Of a DNA stretch of 42,811 nucleotides, positions 42,636-42,811 are shown in pieces. The notes beneath the pieces were generated by a model that worked only from the letters and a program-made list of their open reading frames with translations, was not told where the DNA came from and ran no database searches. Numbering within the stretch: the stretch's first letter is position 1; each line of letters begins with the position of its first letter. The stretch lies in IMG/VR virus record IMGVR_UViG_3300013126_000013; one strand, written 5' to 3'. Source of the DNA: a virus (lineage: Duplodnaviria > Heunggongvirae > Uroviricota > Caudoviricetes). The position numbers and the translations under genes are program-made.

Positions 42636-42810
42636 CTGTGTCACCCACAGCAGCTTTACGCTCAGCGTCGTTGAATGCAGATACGGTGTAAGAATCCATA
42701 GTGGCCATACCAGAAGCATAGTCACCTTTCATACGAGAAGTCATTGCAGAAGCTGAACGGAAGGTTTCAGCAGCGTTAGCAGTAGAGAACTGCATTGTGT
42801 TGTTATGGTT
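42622..42810 (-). CDS. 3' end of an unidentified Ala/Ser/Thr-rich ORF entering from the right edge
   Basis: Open frame NHNNTMQFSTANAAETFRSASAMTSRMKGDYASG...DTDAGK-stop with biased codons (GCT, AAC, TTC). Confidence 0.55.
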   Translation of the reverse strand, partial: NHNNTMQFSTANAAETFRSASAMTSRMKGDYASGMATMDSYTVSAFNDAERKAAVGDTDAGK

Positions 42811-42811
42811 A

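Noticed and set aside
42636-42725. Longer N-terminus for the 116-aa ORF
   Set aside because: Overlaps the codon-biased upstream ORF in another frame; the conserved motif starts at KTPYE
40284-42756. Plus-strand ORFs of 69-177 aa and the 87-aa minus ORF at 41946-42209
   Set aside because: Shadows of well-supported minus-strand genes; they cross the terminator or Pho box and lack recognisable motifs
1-42811. tRNA, rRNA, introns, inteins, integrase or alternative genetic code
   Set aside because: Intergenic gaps are too short or already explained; no intein or intron signatures seen; core genes translate intact with the standard code and use all three stops

Overview
A 42.8 kb segment of a T4-like myovirus genome (~40% GC). 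Evidence: TATAAATA late promoters and homologues of T4 genes 2, 4, 5, 6, 7, 8, 25, 26, 32, 33, 48, 51, 53, 54 and 59. The pstS looks alphaproteobacterial, which suggests the host group. A minus-strand run of tightly coupled genes (32021 to <1, probably one late operon) encodes the baseplate, a DUF4815/VrlC-like virion protein and a repeat-rich tail fibre. It then continues without a break into an unusual cluster. That cluster holds five radical SAM enzymes (one cobalamin-dependent, two with full and one with a partial SPASM domain, one divergent), the start of a DUF3050-like ORF, two orphan ORFs, and two small proteins sharing a G-x-T-[IV]-x-A...H-x-H motif, each directly upstream of a SPASM enzyme. 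I read it as a candidate RiPP-like system that modifies virion or fibre proteins; this is inference. Other notable signals: two homing endonuclease genes with a shared promoter-plus-hairpin leader showing compensatory base changes; a relic copy of the gene 59 3' end; a -1 slippery site joining genes 26 and 51; an in-frame split gene 5; and a Pho box upstream of pstS. All family assignments come from motif recognition by eye; no database search was run.
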